A stretch of 64,000 nucleotides of DNA. Origin: Eledone cirrhosa. Taxonomy: Eukaryota. Positions 61,901 through 64,000 of this stretch are shown piece by piece (the first letter of the stretch is position 1; each line of letters opens with the position of its first letter). The notes below the pieces were generated by a model that was not told where the DNA came from, did no database searches, and saw nothing but the letters and a program-made list of their open reading frames with translations. Position numbers and translations under genes: made by a program. The stretch is from contig OZ024744.1 of NCBI GenBank assembly GCA_964016885.1, positions 118,854,001-118,918,000 on the forward strand, in the 5' to 3' direction.

Positions 61901-62779
61901 TGGTAGGGCTCCCACTGTCTAAACAATTGCCCTGGTCATCCTTTGGTCAGTACTGGTAGGGCTCCCACTGTCCTAAACAATTGCCCTGGTGATCCTCTGG
62001 TCAGTATTGGTAGGGCTCCCACTGTCCTAAACAATTGCCCTGGTCATCCTCTGGTCAGTACTGGTAGGGCTCCCACTGTCCTAAACAATTGCCCTGGTCA
62101 GTACTGGTAGGGTTCCCACTGTCCTAAACAATTGTCCTGGTCATCCTCTGGTCAGTACTGGTAGGGCTCCCACTGTCTAAACAATTGCCCTGGTCATCCT
62201 CTGGTCAGTACTGGTAGGGCTCCCACTGTCCTAAACAATTGCCCTGGTCATCCTCTGGTCAGTACTGGTAGGGCTCCCACTGTCTAAACAATTGCCCTGG
62301 TCATCCTCTGGTCAGTACTGGTAGGGTTCCCACTGTCCTAAACAATTGCCCTGGTCATCCTTTGGTCAGTATTGGTAGGGTTCCCACTGTCCTAAACAAT
62401 TGTCCTGGTCATCCTCTGGTCAGTACTGGTAGGGCTCCCACTGTCTAAACAATTGCCCTGGTCATCCTCTGGTCAGTACTGGTAGGGCTCCCACTGTCCT
62501 AAACAATTGCCCTGGTCATCCTCTGGTCAGTACTGGTAGGGCTCCCACTGTCCTAAACAATTGCCCTGGTCATCCTCTGGTCAGTACTGGTAGGGCTCCC
62601 ACTGTCTAAACAATTGCCCTGGTCATCCTCTGGTCAGTACTGGTAGGGCTCCCACTGTCTAAACAATTGCCCTGGTCATCCTCTGGTCAGTACTGGTAGG
62701 GCTCCCACTGTCTAAACAATTGCCCTGGTCATCCTCTGGTCAGTACTGGTAGGGCTCCCACTGTCTAAACAATTGCCCT
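46931..62779. repeat. 54-bp satellite array (~15.8 kb) with 43-bp deletion variants, inside intron 6
   Basis: Unit ggtgatcctctggtcagtactggtagggctcccactgtcctaaacaattgccct; roughly 300 copies with very low divergence. Confidence 0.98.
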
Positions 62780-63016
62780 CTATGACAGTTGCATCACAAT
62801 CACTTCTGTCACCCTGTCCTATGTCTCCCTCTCCGGCACTACTAGGAGTCCAACTCCAACCACTAAGCCACTTTGTGGTCTCTTTGTATTCTGACTGCAC
62901 CTCCCCCACTCACCATCGGTAGTGTTATACCTAACCAAGGGCCAGTATAACTTGTACACTCTATCCATCTGCTTATGTTGTTAGAAATAAATATTATTAT
63001 TATTTATTCTCTGCTA

Positions 63017-63345
63017 GGGCCAGTGGACTAGCAATAATCGGTAGAGCGTCAGACATGATTTGCTGCATATAGTTACATCCCTTTACATTCTGAATTCAAA
63101 TCCCTCTGAGGTTAACTTTACCTTTAACCCTTACGTGGTTGATAAAATAAGTACCTGTAATACACTGGGGTTGATTCTATCAACGTTCCCTTCCCTGCCG
63201 AAATTATTGGCCTTGTGTCTAAATCCTATTAAAGAGGGCAGTGGATTGGAAGAATCGGTAGAGCATGGTTAGCTTTACCTTTCGTCCTTATCAGGGTTGT
63301 TAAAATAATGTACCAGTAATGTACTGGGGTAGATATAATCAACTC
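63017..63345 (+). mobile_element. Two tandem MetaSINE copies
   Basis: Same head, Meta-domain and tail as 31898-32345; preceded by (TAT)n. Confidence 0.8.
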
Positions 63346-63374
63346 TATTATTTACTCTCTGCTGTTTTACTCAG

Positions 63375-63445
63375 GCCCGTCTTCCACATTGCCAAACTTG
63401 GAATCTTCTCTACAGCAGTAATGACCATGGCTTATCTATGAACAG
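63375..63445 (+). CDS. TLDc-domain protein, coding exon 7: ARLPHCQTWNLLYSSNDHGLSMN(R), start of the TLDc domain; gene continues beyond the window
   Basis: Acceptor gttttactcag|, donor AACAG|GTAAAG (phase 2); WxLLYSSxxHGxS is the hallmark N-terminal TLDc motif. Confidence 0.9.
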
Positions 63446-63471
63446 GTAAAGAAATACTTTTATTATTTATC

Positions 63472-63662
63472 ATGGCAGTAATCAATATAGAGTGTCGGAC
63501 AACATGCTTTAAGCATATAGTTACGGCCCTTTACGTTCTGAGTTCAAATCCCATCAAGGTTAACTTTGCCTTTCATCCTTATGGGATCGATAAAATAAAG
63601 TACCAGTAATGTACTGGTGTCGATTTAATTGACTTTCCCCTTGTGCCTGAATCAGAAATAAT
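63472..63662 (+). mobile_element. MetaSINE
   Basis: B box gagttcaaatcc, ctttgcctttcatcc..tcgataaaataaagtaccagt, tail aatcagaaataatt. Confidence 0.85.
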
Positions 63663-63732
63663 TATTTATTAACTGGATGTGTCTGCAAATTCAGAAATTC
63701 TTCAAATGTTTTTCCAAATTTCAAGTTTTATA

Positions 63733-64000
63733 TAGTGCTAATATCTCATGAGTTATTGGCACTATTCCTCATAATACAGTGTCATTCCCCTTGTTTTTAC
63801 TATATGTTCTCTAGTGCCAATATCTCATGAGTTATTGGCACTATTCCTCATAATACAGTGTCATTCCCCTTGTTTTTACTATATGTTCTCTAGTGCCAAT
63901 ATCTCATGAGTTATTGGCACTATTCCTCATAATACAGTGTCATTCCCCTTGTTTTTACTATATGTTCTCTAGTGCCAATATCTCATGAGTTATTGGCACT
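63733..64000. repeat. 79-bp tandem repeat with a 32-bp internal palindrome (runs off the window)
   Basis: Units start at 63733, 63812, 63891, 63970; each begins tagtgccaata-t-ctcatgag-t-tattggcacta. Confidence 0.9.

Noticed and set aside
63733-64000. CRISPR-like palindromic repeats
   Set aside because: Intervening sequences are identical, no cas genes, eukaryotic context

Overview
Eukaryotic, repeat-saturated DNA. The SINE and LINE families resemble those of octopod cephalopods, which is an inference. One host gene is on the + strand: seven small GT-AG coding exons (10386-10499, 21000-21065, 27856-28057, 33382-33494, 35480-35611, 44477-44665, 63375-63445) splice in phase into an N-myristoylation-type (MGNS...) protein entering a TLDc domain (W-x-LLYSS-x-x-HGLSMNR), i.e. 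MEAK7/Rtc5-like. It continues past the window end. Nearly everything else is intronic or upstream transposon debris and tandem repeats. These include two RTE LINE families carrying a PHD finger inside the reverse transcriptase, Dong/R4 LINEs in (TAA)n, a Penelope-like element with a hammerhead ribozyme, a CRE-like LINE, mariner, piggyBac, a hAT MITE, autonomous and non-autonomous Helitrons and MetaSINEs. There are about ten minisatellites or satellites, including a 15.8-kb array of a 54-bp unit with higher-order duplications. The most notable observations are the PHD-in-RT architecture, repeated birth of satellites from transposon segments, one intact and one decayed hammerhead ribozyme, a perfect 149-bp-arm palindrome made of LINE RT sequence, and nested insertions hugging splice sites. 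All coordinates were read by eye; transposon boundaries are approximate unless termini are stated.
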